Below, piece after piece: positions 1 to 15,600 of a DNA stretch of 64,000 nucleotides. This DNA comes from Obrimoposthia wandeli (taxonomy: Eukaryota): contig CDROCS010000907.1 of NCBI GenBank assembly GCA_977020255.1, positions 62,001-126,000 on the forward strand, in the 5' to 3' direction. The translations under genes and the position numbers were made by a program. The stretch's first letter is position 1; every line of letters starts with the position of its first letter. The notes under the pieces are model-generated. The model saw only the letters and a program-made list of their open reading frames with translations. It searched no databases and was not told where the DNA came from.

Positions 1-546
1 TTATTTCCTTTATGATTTTGTTCTCAACAAAAGGTGCTAGAGAGAAATTTAATTGGTGTTCATTCTCAGTAAGAATTATTTAACTTAGTTAATTTTAATG
101 ATATCTAAGCAAATAGTTTTTGTTCAATGTAAATTTATATGTACTCAAATTGCGATGCAATACGCATTAGCCAATATGGCGCATTAACGGTTGTTTTAAT
201 TACTCTGAGATATGAGAAAAAATTGAAATTTATGAACTGAATATTAATTTTTCTGAAGACCGTCAACAAAAATATATATTTGAACTAAATTTTTCAATTT
301 TGTAGGTTACCGAATCTGAAAAGAAAATACATTCCAAAACCATTTATAGTAGAAAGATGTTAATGTTAAAAAGAATCCACTACAAAAGTCCAAAACGAAA
401 ATAATAGTATATGAATATATAGGATTACATTTTTAATGTTTTGTGATTGTTATTTTTGTCAAATTACGTTAGAGAGAAAAATTAATTAGGATAATTTTTT
501 TTTAAATTATCTATATTGTTAAAACAAATATCTTATTTTTTCATAG

Positions 547-624
547 TCCCCATTCAGAAATCCTTATTTGGGTTATCGAGAGAGATTACGAGTCGTGATA
601 GTTCAGTGGTAGAATGTGTGATTA
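547..624 (+). CDS. mTOR: mTOR candidate exon (HEAT N-terminal region) with a GC-AG donor
   Basis: tttcatag| acceptor; open frame [25 protein letters not shown]; phase-1 end at a|GCAAGT matches the phase-1 start of exon 767. Confidence 0.45.
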
Positions 625-3600
625 GCAAGTAGCTTCAACTTCCGTCCACGGTGCCTAATTCTCTTCCAAACCCAACATTTTGTTAGGTTGCATATTTATC
701 ATAAAATAATAACTTTGATTCCCATTGGCCTATTTTGATCCAACTTGTGCTATATACGTGCTGCAGGTTGCATTGCGGACATGGACATTGTCTTTTCACA
801 TAACAATTTCTCGGAACTTACCAAGCAAATCGTGGAGATGTCCGTGTGTAATGACGTGCAGATAAACGCGCTTCGGGCTCGCTTCATAGCCCAGCTGAAT
901 CTGATTGCCACGGCCGACAAAGTTGGGAACCAGATCACAGAATCGTGTAGCATCGTGGTCGACGACAGCAAATCCGAGGCCCAGAAAATAGCGGCTGTAA
1001 GTGTTAATTAGGACTCGCAAACCTGCTATAGCAACAAAAACGGGAATTTATTGTATGTAAAATAGGAAATTAATTATAAAACAACTCTACTATAATTTTA
1101 TCTAAACTGATTACAGATTATAAGTAATTATAAACAAAGCAGTGAGAATTTGAACTACATTGCCAGTCGATAAATGCTCAAATAGAGCATAAAATTATTT
1201 TATTTATTCAACACGTTTGGTTTTAAAGTCACCTTCATATTTGTATAACTTCTAGAAATTGAATTAAGAAAGAATGTCGAAATAAAGAAGAAATGGGACC
1301 GTATTACCCAGGTGCAGGTGTACAAGCTTTAGAATATTTAGCCATTAGCAGTAAGAAAGTGTAATATTGAAGATTTTTTAAAAATATATGCTGTTTTTAT
1401 CTGTAAGTAAGCACACAATTAAACAATCAATTATGCAATTTATTGTCTGATGCTTAGTAAATTGAAGAAAGCACTTCTAACAAAAAGAAGACTATTAGCA
1501 ACGTCAGATTTCACTAACTTTCTCTTGAACTTTACTCCCCTTTATATTCCCTTCCGACTATTGCCTGTTCAGTCCACTAAAATCTTCTTAAATATTTATT
1601 TCTTTACTTCTATTTACGAAAAATTAACTAAGCATATCAAAAGGTTCGTTGATCTTCATTATTATGATAAAACAACATAGTGAAGTTGTAACTTTTGAAT
1701 GTTTTGAGTATGATGCGTTTAATTGGGTCATTTGATATTTCCATACCAGTCAAACCAGACATCTAAAAATCCTTTTCTCAATTAAACCTCTAAATCAAGA
1801 TCAGTATCCTGAGTTCAAATATTGGTTGTCACTTCATTCTGAGGCAATGAAAAGGCTCAACTTTCTAAAATGACATTTTAATACGCCATATTGGAAAAGG
1901 AGCGGCGGTGAGTCATTTTGAAGGTGTGATGCATACGGATTCTGCGAAAATTAATTGAGCAACACCATGAAACCCAGAGAAATAAGATAACGACTATAAC
2001 GCATTTGGTAACCCGCATGTCCACATAGGTATGGAAAGTCCAAACACAAATTGACGTTTCTTTGAAGTCTGTTTGAAGTGAGCCTACAAAATGCATAAAT
2101 AAGAACAACGTAAGCAGGAAGAAGCAAATAAAGCTGCAGAAGATGTACGAATAGGAGCAGAGAAAACGTCGCTTGTAAGAAGAACAAAAGAAGGAAAAAT
2201 AAGATATTTTTTCTGATGGAGAAAAGAAATTGTAACTGAAATCCGATTGACATTTCATTAGCATATTTTTAGCTTAAATAATTTTTTCTTATTTACTTTT
2301 CTGAGTCAGTAAATAAATATATTTAGTCTGGAATATCAGGTAAAAGTTAAGAAATTTGATATCAGGGATTGCGATACACCATGTAACAGTCACGTAAAAC
2401 ATCATTTTGTAACTCTTATAGCAACAAATTTGAATAATTTGGCTAATTCTGTTGAAGTAAAAATGTGGGGGTTGCATTTGTAATTGAATATGATATTGAT
2501 TATTCTCACACAGGCACTAACGTTCAAAGACAACTCCCTGTATGCCTCTACTCTCTTCTTTCAACACGCCTCGAAAGTCATCAATTCTCTGCTAATCGGG
2601 ATTCGCGATAAGCAGGTGAGATTTAAACCGCCAGCTGTTGCCGTTCAGAGACCAATTTTCTATATTCCAGCAAGGTAGCCCATACATTCTCGTTTCCGGA
2701 TCCACGAAAGAATATTTTAAAGGTTCTATGTCAATTTAAATACCAGCTGGATAAACGGTAAAAAGGAGAATACATCGAACTTTGTAAAACTTATTTATTA
2801 GCTAATGTAGCGTTTGTTTTTACTTAATTTATCATTATTAGCTTGTCTAGAAAATAAATTCTTATTTACAAGACGTTGATTCAAAGAGTACTGGAGAAAA
2901 GAACATATATTATGAAAAAAAGAGTCCATGGTAGTTGCATTTTACCAATTTAGAAGAGTGTTGGCTGCAAATATGCTTCGTTTTCTTGTCACCTTTGCGA
3001 GAGCACATTTGACACTGCAGTCAGCGATTTCTTTGTGAATGCGGTTGTACGGCTAGTTGCTGTGCGTAGCCGAGCAGGCGTAGGATGTGTTAATGCACAC
3101 TTTTTTATGAATAGTAAATGGATTTCCCATAAAAACTTTCTGAAGCCACGAACTTTGAACTTGGAGCAGCTTGAACTTTGAACTCTTGCACATTTATCAT
3201 TCGCGATTAATCAGGTTACGAGATATATGCAACTGTTTCTCCCGCAACCTGTAAATAGTGCATTGCAAATTATATGGTTGAGTACCTTTTTTCTCTTTTA
3301 CTGTTTTTTGTTGAATCTGGGTGAACCTTTTCCGCACGAAACTTGATCGAATGTACTTGCCAATTTAGGCGAGTGTGCGGGAGGCGTGCGTGATAGCGCT
3401 GAGCTGCTCATTTGGTGTGATTGCAATGCGCGAGGGTATTGGTCGGCGACGGCGCAAGGCGGTGGTGGACCCGGCCAGCATGGCAGTGGCGAGTCACCGT
3501 CTCCTCACAAGCATGACGATGCCTCCTCAGCAGCAGCGACACCAGGCCTCCTCTCTGGCAGCGTCCATCAGCTCTCAGCAGCACCAGTACCCGGCCAACC

Positions 3601-6600
3601 ACCCACTCAGAGTGACGGACCCTGACGCTGCCCCCTCTGCCGCCACACCCGCTACCAGGACCTTCCCAGACTACGCAGAGTGGGGAGAGAACTTGTACAG
3701 CGAGTGCATCAAGAACATGCTGCGTCCGCTCGACGATGCCAACTGCATCCCGCACGTGAGTCTGCACTGGTTTTTCTCCAATTCGGTTGAGTCTTATTAA
3801 ATTATAGATCAGTGGAAAAAGCGAGTCTATTAAGGTTCGTATCTGTAATACATTTTCAGATAATAAAACTTTAAAATAATTGAAACTAATAATAATACTG
3901 AATAATAGTAAAATTAACTTGGTTTGCTTTATTCGAAAACTTTCTATTTCCTTTTTTTACTCAAGATATTAATTACAATTTTTGATTCTATGAAAAAGTG
4001 AAATTTAGTGAAACTCGAAAAGTTAACAGACTTTCGATATTATAATTTGTGGTGTAAATAGACTCCACCATAACCGATTTTTGTGGGGAATTTCTTTGTT
4101 TGTCAAAGGTTTGTGAAAAACTGTAGAATTTTTTTTTTAATAATTACGGCGCTGCTGTGGAATTTTAATATATTCATATGCGTAATTTAAAGGGTTCCAT
4201 AGTCGCGTTCTGACCAAAGATCTGTTGCAACAACTGAAAAATTGTAAACTTCATAAAGAACTTCTACTGAAATTGGTCTTTTTACTTCTATTTGATTTCT
4301 AAATTTCGATTGTGTGGACAGTTTGTTAAGTTGGTCGTAAATGGAAACAGCAAATATATTTATTGGAATTTACTTTTATCAACTTTTCAACACGCTGTCA
4401 CTGACTATTTGCCGATAATATTTCAAATAGGTTGTCAAATAATCTTAAAATGTATTCTGTCTATGGAAAGTACAGAATTTTCAAAGCTGCAAATTTGTAT
4501 TATCTCCTCTGTTTTGTCTTTGTCTAAAACTACCCAGAAAGAAAATTTATTTCTCTATCAGGTATAAACTATTTATTTACATTTTTAAATTGCTTACGCA
4601 TTTTTTAAAATTGTTCTAAACAGGGTATAAAACGCATTTTATTGTTTTCTATAAATTTAATAAACCATTGTAACACTTTTGTCTCTGCAAATCGATTATT
4701 TTAGTCGGTTTTGTTTGTCGCTAACATACCCAGATTAGTCAGCTTTAACTGTATTCCTTGTAAATTGAGTTACTTATTCTACTACTTATAAGTATGAGTA
4801 TGATAAATGCAATTTTCCGATTCAGATTAGCAGTCGCAGACTCAATGCTGATGCATGGAATCATGGTACGCTGCTGTTGCTCATTGAACTGCTGAAGCTG
4901 TCTAATGACGAGATGGAGACGAATAGGTTGAAGCTGGAGGAGATGATTGGTCTGGTTAGTGTAGACTCACCACTTGCTTGAATTTTCTTGAATTCTTTCT
5001 TACTTTTAGGGTTCTCCTAAAATTTGAAGATTTTTTACTTGAAATTACGAATATGTATAGCATGATCGATTCATAATTAAACATTGACTTAAACGTAAAT
5101 AAGCAATAAACAGTGTTTGTTTCTTATTGAATATTGCGTATACACGTTTATGCCAGTTCAGTATCACACAGAATTACAATATCAGTTACATTCATCACAA
5201 ACAGGTCTTTGATTGGAAGGGTTTTTGCCACATAGCCAGACAATACAATTACAGTAGTGTGAAATAAACACAAAAAAGTCAACGATATACAGTTCCTGAG
5301 ATACTTATGTTGTCAAGATATGGCTACTTCTTTACAACCGAGTCCAAAAGGGTTAACAGAAAACGTTTACAATGATTAATGTGTCATTTGTATATTTATT
5401 ATTCTAATCAAGTTGAATTAAAAACTTCAAAATAACGAAATTAAATGGACTAAGCCAATAGTTTCGTATATCTGGGTTTTACTGTACGTACCAAAATAAA
5501 TTATCTTTTACCACTTCATTATTACAACCTTAAGTAAGTAAAAATTGCTTTGATCAGAAATAAACTACATCAAACAGTTTTATGGGACTTAAAGATACGG
5601 CCAATGGCATCAAATTCTACTAGCATATTCTTTTGACTTTTGTTTAGATAGTTTTTTAAGTTGATGGAATTTATGCTAATTAATTTAACTAATTAATTCA
5701 GAAAAGCATGGTAATTTAAAGCATGGGAAACAAGTTATTTAAAAAAGTTATTAATGTTGAAGGACAATTTAAATGATGATTTCTAAAATTAAAAACTCAC
5801 AACTATCGGTGACAGCTTCACTTCAAAACTTGATAATAGCAGCGATTTATATATTATTATTCGACAGATAATTAAATTATATACATTTTTGATTTTTCAC
5901 CCTTAAGAAATCAATTCATTTTGTTTAAATAAGTGTTTATTTAATATTTCTAATTACTTTAGAATCAAAAACTTAGATTTTTAACAAATTTATCACATTA
6001 TTTTTGAACGTTTATATTATAAAATAATTTAGTCTCAAATTACATTTATTTTATAAGATACACTGTAATTTAAAATTAAAGTTTGAATTCTGTAAATAAA
6101 TCACATGAAATTATATTTTAATTCTAAATTTAAGATTTGCGTTTGATTTAAATATTCTTTAATTTTAAACATTATCAATTGGCAGTATTCGACCGTTTTC
6201 CTCAGTGAATTTTAATTTTTTAAAATAAAAATAAAATGAAATAGGTCATTTATTTTATTATTTTAATATTTAATATTTTGAATTATAATTGTTTATTTTT
6301 AATGTAAGCATTAATTATAATGTCGTCATAGGCAGAACGCATAAAGATAGTATTGATATATATTATTGTATCATTGTAATCCGAAGCAGTTTAAAAACAA
6401 TATTTAATAAAACATATGACTATTTTAATGCATATGGATTATTATCATACAAAAATTTTCCAAAAATTTATAATCTTTTTATTAATGAATTTACAGAGAA
6501 AAAATAAATGGTAAAACATTCAAAAATAAAGTTTTAACTCGACTTAATTATTTTTATCAGTTTTTAGCCTCAATTGGCAGTATTCGACCGTTTTCCTCAG

Positions 6601-9600
6601 TGAATTTTAATTTTTTAGAATAGAAATAAAATGAAATAGGTCACTTATTTTATTATTTGAATATTTAATATTTTGAATTTTAATTGTTTATTTTTAATGT
6701 AAGCATTAATTATAATGTCGTCATAGGCAGAACGCATAAAGATAGTATTGATATATATTATTGTATCATTGTAATCCGAAGCAGTCCACGCCAAATTAAA
6801 AAACAATATTTAATAAAACATATGACTATTTTAATGCATATGGATTATTATCATACAAAATGTATTCCAAAAATTTATAATCTTTTATTAATGAATTTAC
6901 ACATAAAATTGAGATAAAAATAAATGGTAAAACATTCAAAAATAAAGTTTTAACTTCTTTGAATAAATTGTTTTAATAATACTTAATTATTTTTATCAGT
7001 GTTTAGCGCCAAATTTAAAAGTAAGGAAAACGGTCGAATACTGCCTATAAATTAAATGACTCGTTATTGAAGTATATCATTATCCTTTTCTGTTGCATGA
7101 TATTTTCTAACTGATTATATATATTTTTTAATGCGGATCTCAAATTTGAAATCAGTTTTCCTCTAATTTCCTCTAGTTTTCGTTTCTCTAATATTTATAA
7201 AACTTTTTCGTATTTTATGATGCACATGAACTTTTTATGTGAAAAAATTAAGAAACTTGTTGAAAATACATTTGTGTTGAGTATAATTTTAAGACTATAT
7301 GACTGTACATTTTCTATATAGACCATACCCCAATGCGAGTCGTCTAAATTTGCAAACAAAAATAGAGCTTACAGAGAAAATCTAATTGTATATTTTAATT
7401 CAGCATACCAAAATTAGTTAATAAAAAAATGCTGATATCATTTAAACAAAAACTTTATGTCCGGTGATTAATTTCTTATCGAATTTTATAACAATAATAT
7501 ATTTAATATAGCGCTAATATTTAATTGATCTATGATTTTTTATTCAAAAGCGTTTTCTGCAATTCGTAATAGTTCCTGAATGGTAAAGTCTAGCTGCTTA
7601 TTGAAATTTTAAACATGGACACAGTTTCTTATATTCATCAGAAAATTGTTGTAAAGATTTGGAGCAACGATCATTGTTGCTTCCAAAAATTTACAATCCA
7701 TGCACATATTTTCCAAACATTATAAATATTTTCTTCTTTAAAAATTGTGCCTTGCATAAAATTACTTTAATTTTTTTTAAAGTCATCATCTGATATTGAT
7801 TTTTAAAAAAATTAACTAATATAATAAATTTATATGATTATGGAAAATTTGAGTTCAAAGTACAATGACTTGATCATTTTGGTGAGTTCTAACCTAACTT
7901 AACTGAATATTAGTCACATTTTAAATAATGATTTTTTCAACACAGTTAAGTTTATTACAATTTTCATATACCTTATTTCAAAAAGTGACCAGAGAATCCA
8001 TCTTACACTAACATTATATACATTAAAAGATACGGATAACTCGTCATAAGAAAATCCCCTTCAGATAAACTATACAAATTGAGGGTTATATCCGCGCATA
8101 ACTTTTAATTTTGTTGTAAATTATAAATATTTTGAATACTTAAATTTTATTAAAAATTAATTTCTCGCTACTATATCAGTAAAAGAGAAATCAGAAATTA
8201 TTCTTGATTACGAGAAGAATAAACTTTATAAAAGTGATATTCAATTAAATATCATGTCATGAGTCAAAGTTTCAATTCATTGATTAAAAAGTGAGATGAT
8301 AAAGTAAAATGTTTGGAAGAATCAAGTTTGTCAAGTCAGCATAAAATATTTGATTGCAGAAAATTCACAACTGGATGAATTTCTCTTTAAATGGTTCATA
8401 CACATGAGGTCCAAAGCCATAAATGGTCTGTTACATATAGTTAAATCAAATGATTTTCCTACACACCTTCATGATAAGAACTTTGTATGTAGTGAAGGTT
8501 GAATACAACGCTTTAAAGTGATACATGAAATTGGTTGCCGTGTGGTAAGTGGTGAGGGTAAATCAGTTAATCCTGAAAATGTTAATCGATGGTTAACTTC
8601 TTGTGGAATATCTTTGAGGAATTTATACACTACGGACGAAACTGGACTATTTTAGCAACCATTTCCAAGTAACACTCTAGATGAGACAGGAGATGCATGT
8701 ATTGGGGGCAAATTAAGCAAACACAGAGTGACAATTACGGCCATGGCGAACGTGGATGGCTTGGATAAAGGAAATGTATGGTAATTGAACGTGTAGTATA
8801 TGTACTATATTATGTTTCTAGAATTATGAAATGTTTTTATATTATTAATGTTTTAAGATAAAAGTTAGTTATCTTGTTTATGATTTACAATCCATATTAT
8901 TCATGTATCTACTCCCATTTAATATCAAAATATTTATAATTTTTTAGATTTTGAATCTTCACTAAAATTGAATTTTCGCTTTACCACGGGTACGTCGTCC
9001 TTTTCTCTTCTTCCCTTGAGATAACGAGTTATCTGTCTTTACTGTAATGTAACAGGCGTTCTCTAAAAATCGGGACAGTTTGTAATTGTTATTTTAACAT
9101 TCTTTAAACAAATCTAATTTAAAGAAAAGTTACGGGTCCGTTATAACGTTGTACAATTATAATGCAGTATAAATCGGGACATCCTTTGGCAAGTAAAACA
9201 CAAATTGTCAAGTACATTCGCAGTGTAAGGTTCAAGGGTTAACGTACAACGGTATAAAATGTATTGGAAAAGTATGAAGAGAAAGTAGAGATTGAATAAA
9301 CAAGAGATTCGTTTAAGAAAACACTCAGTTTGAAGACATTTTCTCAACGAGTTCTTTATTGTGATCTGGGATCTGTTAGCACTTGATCGTGGATGGTATT
9401 GTAGGGAAGAATATCGGTAAATCAGTATTAGTATACAAGAATTCTCCAAAGTTTTCTAAATGATATGGGATGAAGTTTTTAAGGATCTAAATGGTTTATT
9501 AATTATTTGGTAATTTAATTTTCTGTCGAATGATATATTAATCGTTTCTATTCACAATTATAAACCATTTACGATTTTGAATATATTTTTACGGGATATT

Positions 9601-12600
9601 TAAGAGATAATTGTTAGCCCAACTTGCTGCAGCCACTGGACCAATTGTCGCAGCCGGCATCTCTGCCTGCCAGTGCTGCGGCCGTTCGTGCTGTCTGTCA
9701 GAATAGCCAATGGCCCTACAGCAACACGGAACAGCACATTCTGCAGCACCGACCTCGCATCTTCCACTCCCACTGGTGTCGCGGACTCATGCTCAAACAT
9801 GTCGACAAGGTATTCTCCGGATCAGAGCGATTTTGAGATGACGACTTACCTCCTCCATTCACCGTTGTATTACGTCTCTTAAATTATATGTGACTTTTCT
9901 ATCATGATCTTTGAGTCATGAATTAGACTAACAAGAGAATACTCACATCTGAGCACATATGACTATTAAAATAAATAATTTTAAATAAATCTAAATTATT
10001 ATTTACAATTTTTTATCATTCAAATCTGCTTTTATCTGTAAAACGGAGAATTTTGAACTGAATGATCAAATTAAGTTTGCTTAAATCTTCTTCAATAATC
10101 AAAATTTTAAATTAAACTGTATTGAATAATATTCTACAATTATGTATGTAAGTTTTAAATAAGTTATACTAATTTATCATATACAAAAACTAAAGCTTAT
10201 TGTTTTTAAATTATTAGAAGTTCAATTTTATTTTTGTATTATTTATTTATTTAAAAATTATGAAAACTTTTAAATAGTCAAACTCAAAATTATACTTAAC
10301 ATATTTAAATTCACATTTAAATTCACATTTAAATAACTTAAATATACTTAATTTAAACATTAATTTTAATAATTTATTATTACTGATTTTGATTACTGTG
10401 TAAAAGTGTCGTCAATATAATATTATTATCCTATAAAGTTAATATGGTTAGAGTTAAGGATGTACCTTAGGATCATTCCCATGTGCGTGTTGAATTAAAG
10501 GAAACTTGCTCGTGAAATTAGCTATTTTAGTAAACGTGTTGATGACTAATTGTTGATTAAGCAAATTTGAGATTTGTATTTGGGCCAATACGAGGCCAAT
10601 ATGGTTAATGATATGGTTAGAGGCTTTGTTGTGTGCTTATCTATATAATAGCAAGACATTTTGTGAAACAGTAAAAAAAATATTTTGTGAGACAATTGAT
10701 GTGGAAGTTTTATTTGTTTGACGAAGTGTAAAAGTTTGTTATTTAGTGTGATAGTACAGCGAAGAATATATTTTTTAATGACATGGTCTTTTAATGACTT
10801 TTAATAGACAATCGGATTCTAAATGGACATTTCAGAAAGCAATGGATGCGTATAGTGAAAGCTAACTTTGATAAATTTACTTATATATATAGTAAAAAAT
10901 TAATCTTAACTATATAATTTAGTAAATGTGGATTTGTTAGTTTTTTAATTAAATTCTGAGCAGACGATTGCTTAATCAATCTCGTGTAGAAATCAAATTG
11001 TTACGCACATGTCATATTCGCACTTATAAAATGCAAAATATATGAAAATGAATAGCTATCAATTCATTGTGTAACTATTGGTAGGAAACCATAATAATTG
11101 TCTGGGCTACTCGTGACTGTGCAGATATGGCCGATCGTGCTAGCGAGTCTGGAGAGCAAGCAGTCCCACCTCAGTCAGCTTGCCCTACTCGCTCTGCCGC
11201 GCCTCATTGCCCTGGACATAGGCAGTGGCGGAGGCAGCCCAAGCTTCATCCAGCAGCAGCGACTGTTTGCATTCGAGCAACTCCAGCGCTGCCTCAAGCG
11301 GGCTGACCACCGCGACCGCCCCCTCGTCTTCCTCACACTCGGCCTGATCGCCCATGTCGTTCCGGTTCATTTCGAGTCGACTGGTCACCTCGAGAAGACA
11401 ATGGCGATTGTGCGCGCCAATCTTCCCAACAAAGACGTTTCCGCTAAGTCAGTCAGATTTTAGATTATAACAACCTATTCGATTTCGATAAAGAGGGTTA
11501 TGACTGTTTTTAATTTGTCTAATATGGAGTTTCTAAAATAATTTATTTTAAAATTATTTTGTTTACACTTTCAATGCTGATTTTGCTTTAAAATGAATTC
11601 CGAATTAGTATTTAATTCAATTTAACTGCATTCGAATCTGAGACTTTTGCCTATTAATGAGCGTTTTGTATGTATTGTCAATAATACTGTTTTCCAATTG
11701 CCATTTTATTATCAAATCTCCTTAAACTTTATGACCATTATTTATTACAATCCGCATTTTCATTTTTCTCTGATATAACTACAGATAACTTTTATGCGAG
11801 ATTTAGGGTAATATTTAGTTATAAATTTTAACAATTAGTATATTTTAAAATAAATCTAATTTCTAATTTCTTTGTGGAATCTTTCTCCTTGATAACAAAT
11901 TAAGGTGAAAAATATCTAATTGAGAGTGTATATAATGTAATTTCGCTGGTATTCTAGCTCCGTTTTCTTCGTTACTTGCAATACATCTCTAGACTATCAC
12001 GATAATTTGGAGCTCCTTCACAACCCAAGACATTTTTAGTTATCTTATCAAAAGGTTTCAATTCTTTTTGTTGCTTCGGAAAAAATGAGTTTATAAATTT
12101 AAATAAATTTTCATTGATATAGGCGATGGTTTCGTTTAATTCTTTTGTAACATGTCTGAATAAAGGTTTTGTGTGGTGATTTTTTAAATGAATCATTATC
12201 CAGTTCATGTTCAAAAGCCTTTTGCTGTCGATTTGTTGTTTTGTGGTTTAAATGTTACTTAACTGTCGTGTCCATTTGGATAATTTAAGGTTCGACACTG
12301 AAATTCTGTGTCATTTCATAAATCCTCGGAACCTCAATTGATAGAAAGATTTCATGAAAGTATGTTAGTATTCTTTGGCAATTTCTGTTGAGTATCATTT
12401 AAACAACATTCATTCTGATCAATTTATTTATAATATTTTCTATAGTGATTACTCTATAACTTATCTTACATGACTGATGTTTTTGCGGTGGTTATAAATG
12501 AACCTATCAGAAGAACCTACAGATTCTATTTTGAAGACCATTTTAGCTGAATCCTTATTTACTTTCGTCGTTTTTCTTCTATTCAGCATTCAAGTAATTT

Positions 12601-15600
12601 TAAATGGGAATTTAATTTTCCGGGTAATAATTCTTAATATATAATATTTCTTAGGTATAATTTACTACTTTTATTTAGAAGTAATACGTCTTTATATAAC
12701 TTAAGTTTAAATTTTCAATATTTTGCATTAATTACAATGATTTTGGGAACAAAAATTGAAAATTACCAGGATGTACCAAGCCGGGTAAGGATGAAACAAT
12801 TAGAAGCGCTAATTAATTTACCAATAGAAGCGCTAAAATGGTTTCAATCCCAAACCAAATAACAGGAAACGCCACCCACTGGTGGAAATGTCGGTGTACA
12901 TGCTGATTGGTCTTATTGCGACTGGCTGTCGAGATCGAGTGCATGATCAAATCAAGGACATGATCCAGAGCATGGTGGATGCCGGACTGAGTTTCCCGCT
13001 CATCTACTCCCTCAAGATGGTCAGCTGCTTCATCCAGCAACTAACAGGCGACATTCATGTGAGTCTGACACTAGCCGAGTCTCAAATCTAAGAGTGAACT
13101 TAAGAGTGAATGATAACTGGAGACAATACCAAATGCATCGGTTATTCGAGCCCTGAGATCAGCAAGGGTATGGGCATGGGTCTTGTACGCAACCTCCTTG
13201 TTCATAAGCTGCTTATAATAATCTAACTATTTATTTTCAATTATCAGGTTTGAGAAAAAAAATTCACAATAAATAAGCGTTTGTCCACAGTTAAAATTTG
13301 CGATATTATGATGAAATGATCGATTATACAATCACTATTCATTTGAGAAAAAAAAAGAAAATAGCAGTTATGTATTGATACTTTGTGTATCTTCGTATTT
13401 AACGATTGTCCATGGGATTATCAGAACCTAAATTATAACATTAATATTTTTTTATATATAGCGGTAATATCTACTAAATCTATAATTTATTATTCAAAAA
13501 TGCTTTCTTGTTTCCATTATTATACATAATATTTTCTGAATAGTAAAGACTTCAGCTGCTTCTTGATTTTTTTCAACATTGTTACAGTTTCTATATTCAT
13601 TTGTAGATTATTCTCAAATATTCCATCACTCTGTTTGTTATTTGATAAAATATTGATAAAATATGAAATGATCGATTATACAATCACTATTCATTTGAGA
13701 AAAAAAAAGAAAATAGCAGTTATGTATTGATACTTTGTGTATCTTCGTATTTAACGATTGTCCATGGGATTATCAGAACCTAAATTATAACATTAATATT
13801 TTTTTATATATAGCGGTAATATCTACTAAATCTATAATTTATTATTCAAAAATGCTTTCTTGTTTCCATTATTATACATAATATTTTCTGAATAGTAAAG
13901 ACTTCAGCTGCTTCTTGATTTTTTTCAACATTGTTACAGTTTCTATATTCATTTGTAGATTATTCTCAAATATTCCATCACTCTGTTTGTTATTTGATAA
14001 AATATTGACCAATCTGCTATCATTATCGTTGCTCAATAAGCTCATATAAATGTTTGAGCATTTGTATTAGAACACATATTTCGATAATATTACGATTTTT
14101 GAATTCAATTCTGGTATTAATTAGTCGCTTGTACTGGCATTTCTCTTCAATTTGAATATATTTCTGACGGTTTTGTTTCCAATTTTTTTGTAAGCGATTT
14201 ACGCTGGAATTTTAAATAGCTAATCTAGATAATTAACTCTTAAGTAGTTAAATGTTTTCTTAGTCGATAACTCTTTTTGATATGACGGTTGCATATTCTT
14301 ATCATTATTAATTTGACAATTCAGTGTAATTAATATTTTTAAATAAAATATCAAACTTTACTCTGAAAGCATGAACAGTAGCTATGTTAAGTTTGGAAAA
14401 GTGTTTGGTTTTCTGAATAACGAGATGGAGTTTCAGTTAAATAAATGTGTAATGTTTAAACTTGGCAAATCTGATATTAACTTTCTAACAATTAGCAATA
14501 TAGGTATATTAAGAGTTTAGGTAGTTTTGTCATTGTCGATAAATCAATGAGTATATTGACAATGACCATAGTGCCCTGTGCCAGGAGCTTTGCAAGCGGC
14601 GGTGGTGACGTCGGCTATACGGAATACATATAAAATGGTAAAATGTCAGTTTGAAGCCGAGTCATTGAAACAAGTCATTCCACATCGCCAGTTCTACTTA
14701 CCAAAGATGACCCACTAGGCATTCATATACAACAAACATTGACAGGGAGTAAGTACAGCAGCCAGTTGAGTCAATTATATTGATAAGAATCTGTATTTTT
14801 TACAATATCTAAATTGCTAATGCAGGAATTTTTTATATTCACTTGAAATTTTTCCACGTCTTTTTTGTGGTAATGTCGGCTGTGGTGATTATAATAAGTG
14901 AATCTATATTTTTATAAGTCTTTAGTCTGTTAAAATTGTTTTTAAAATATTTTCTTTATTAAATATGAAATTATTTGAAATAACTAAATTATTTAATTTT
15001 CATTTCATTTCTTACCAATTTGTCAACTACAATTTATTGCCGATTATTTTCACTACACCACCGACTGGCGCATGGCTCTAATGATTCAACAGATAAATAA
15101 TAAGATATAGTCATAAACTCAATAATAAAATTCAGATTGGAATTTCAAGTTTCAATCAAATATGTAATTGAGTCTCCACCAAGTTATTCTAAATAAAATT
15201 TTTAGATTTGCATTGAAAATTAATGAAGACAATATAAGACCTTCTGATTATTAAGAATATTGTAAAATCAAAATCAAATTATATGAACTTGGAAAGTGAA
15301 AATTCACGAAAATAAGTAAAATTTTCAACTAAAAAGAAGAAAACGGAAAATTTGAAGTATTCAGTACAACTACTATATAAGAATCATTTTGAAGCGTTCT
15401 TGTGCCATCTAGGTCAATCTACAATAAATTTTAAAAAATTATATAAGCAATTTTGAATAATGCGTCATTATATTTTAGCACTTCTTATATAAACTTTAAC
15501 ACAGCGATATCCAAACTGGAAGGAATGCGTCCCTGGGGAGGCATGGACTAGTGCAAAGGGAAGCGCAAAAATTTTAACAGAAAACTCATTTTCATACAAC

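Noticed and set aside
306-400. Candidate first mTOR exon after tgtag
   Set aside because: No similarity to the TOR N-terminus and no convincing phase-compatible donor; the true first exon is probably upstream of the window.
2950-3130. Minus-strand hAT-like motif traces; also LINE-like traces near 11970-12450, 16750-17100 and 63030-63300
   Set aside because: Too decayed to assign by eye; would need RepeatMasker or HMM searches.
6289-6917. Two near-identical 72-77 aa ORFs resembling a duplicated gene
   Set aside because: They lie inside the duplicated AT-rich MITE; no coding signature.
14570-14640. Short GC-rich patch considered as a tRNA/rRNA fragment
   Set aside because: No cloverleaf, box A/B or recognisable rRNA motif.
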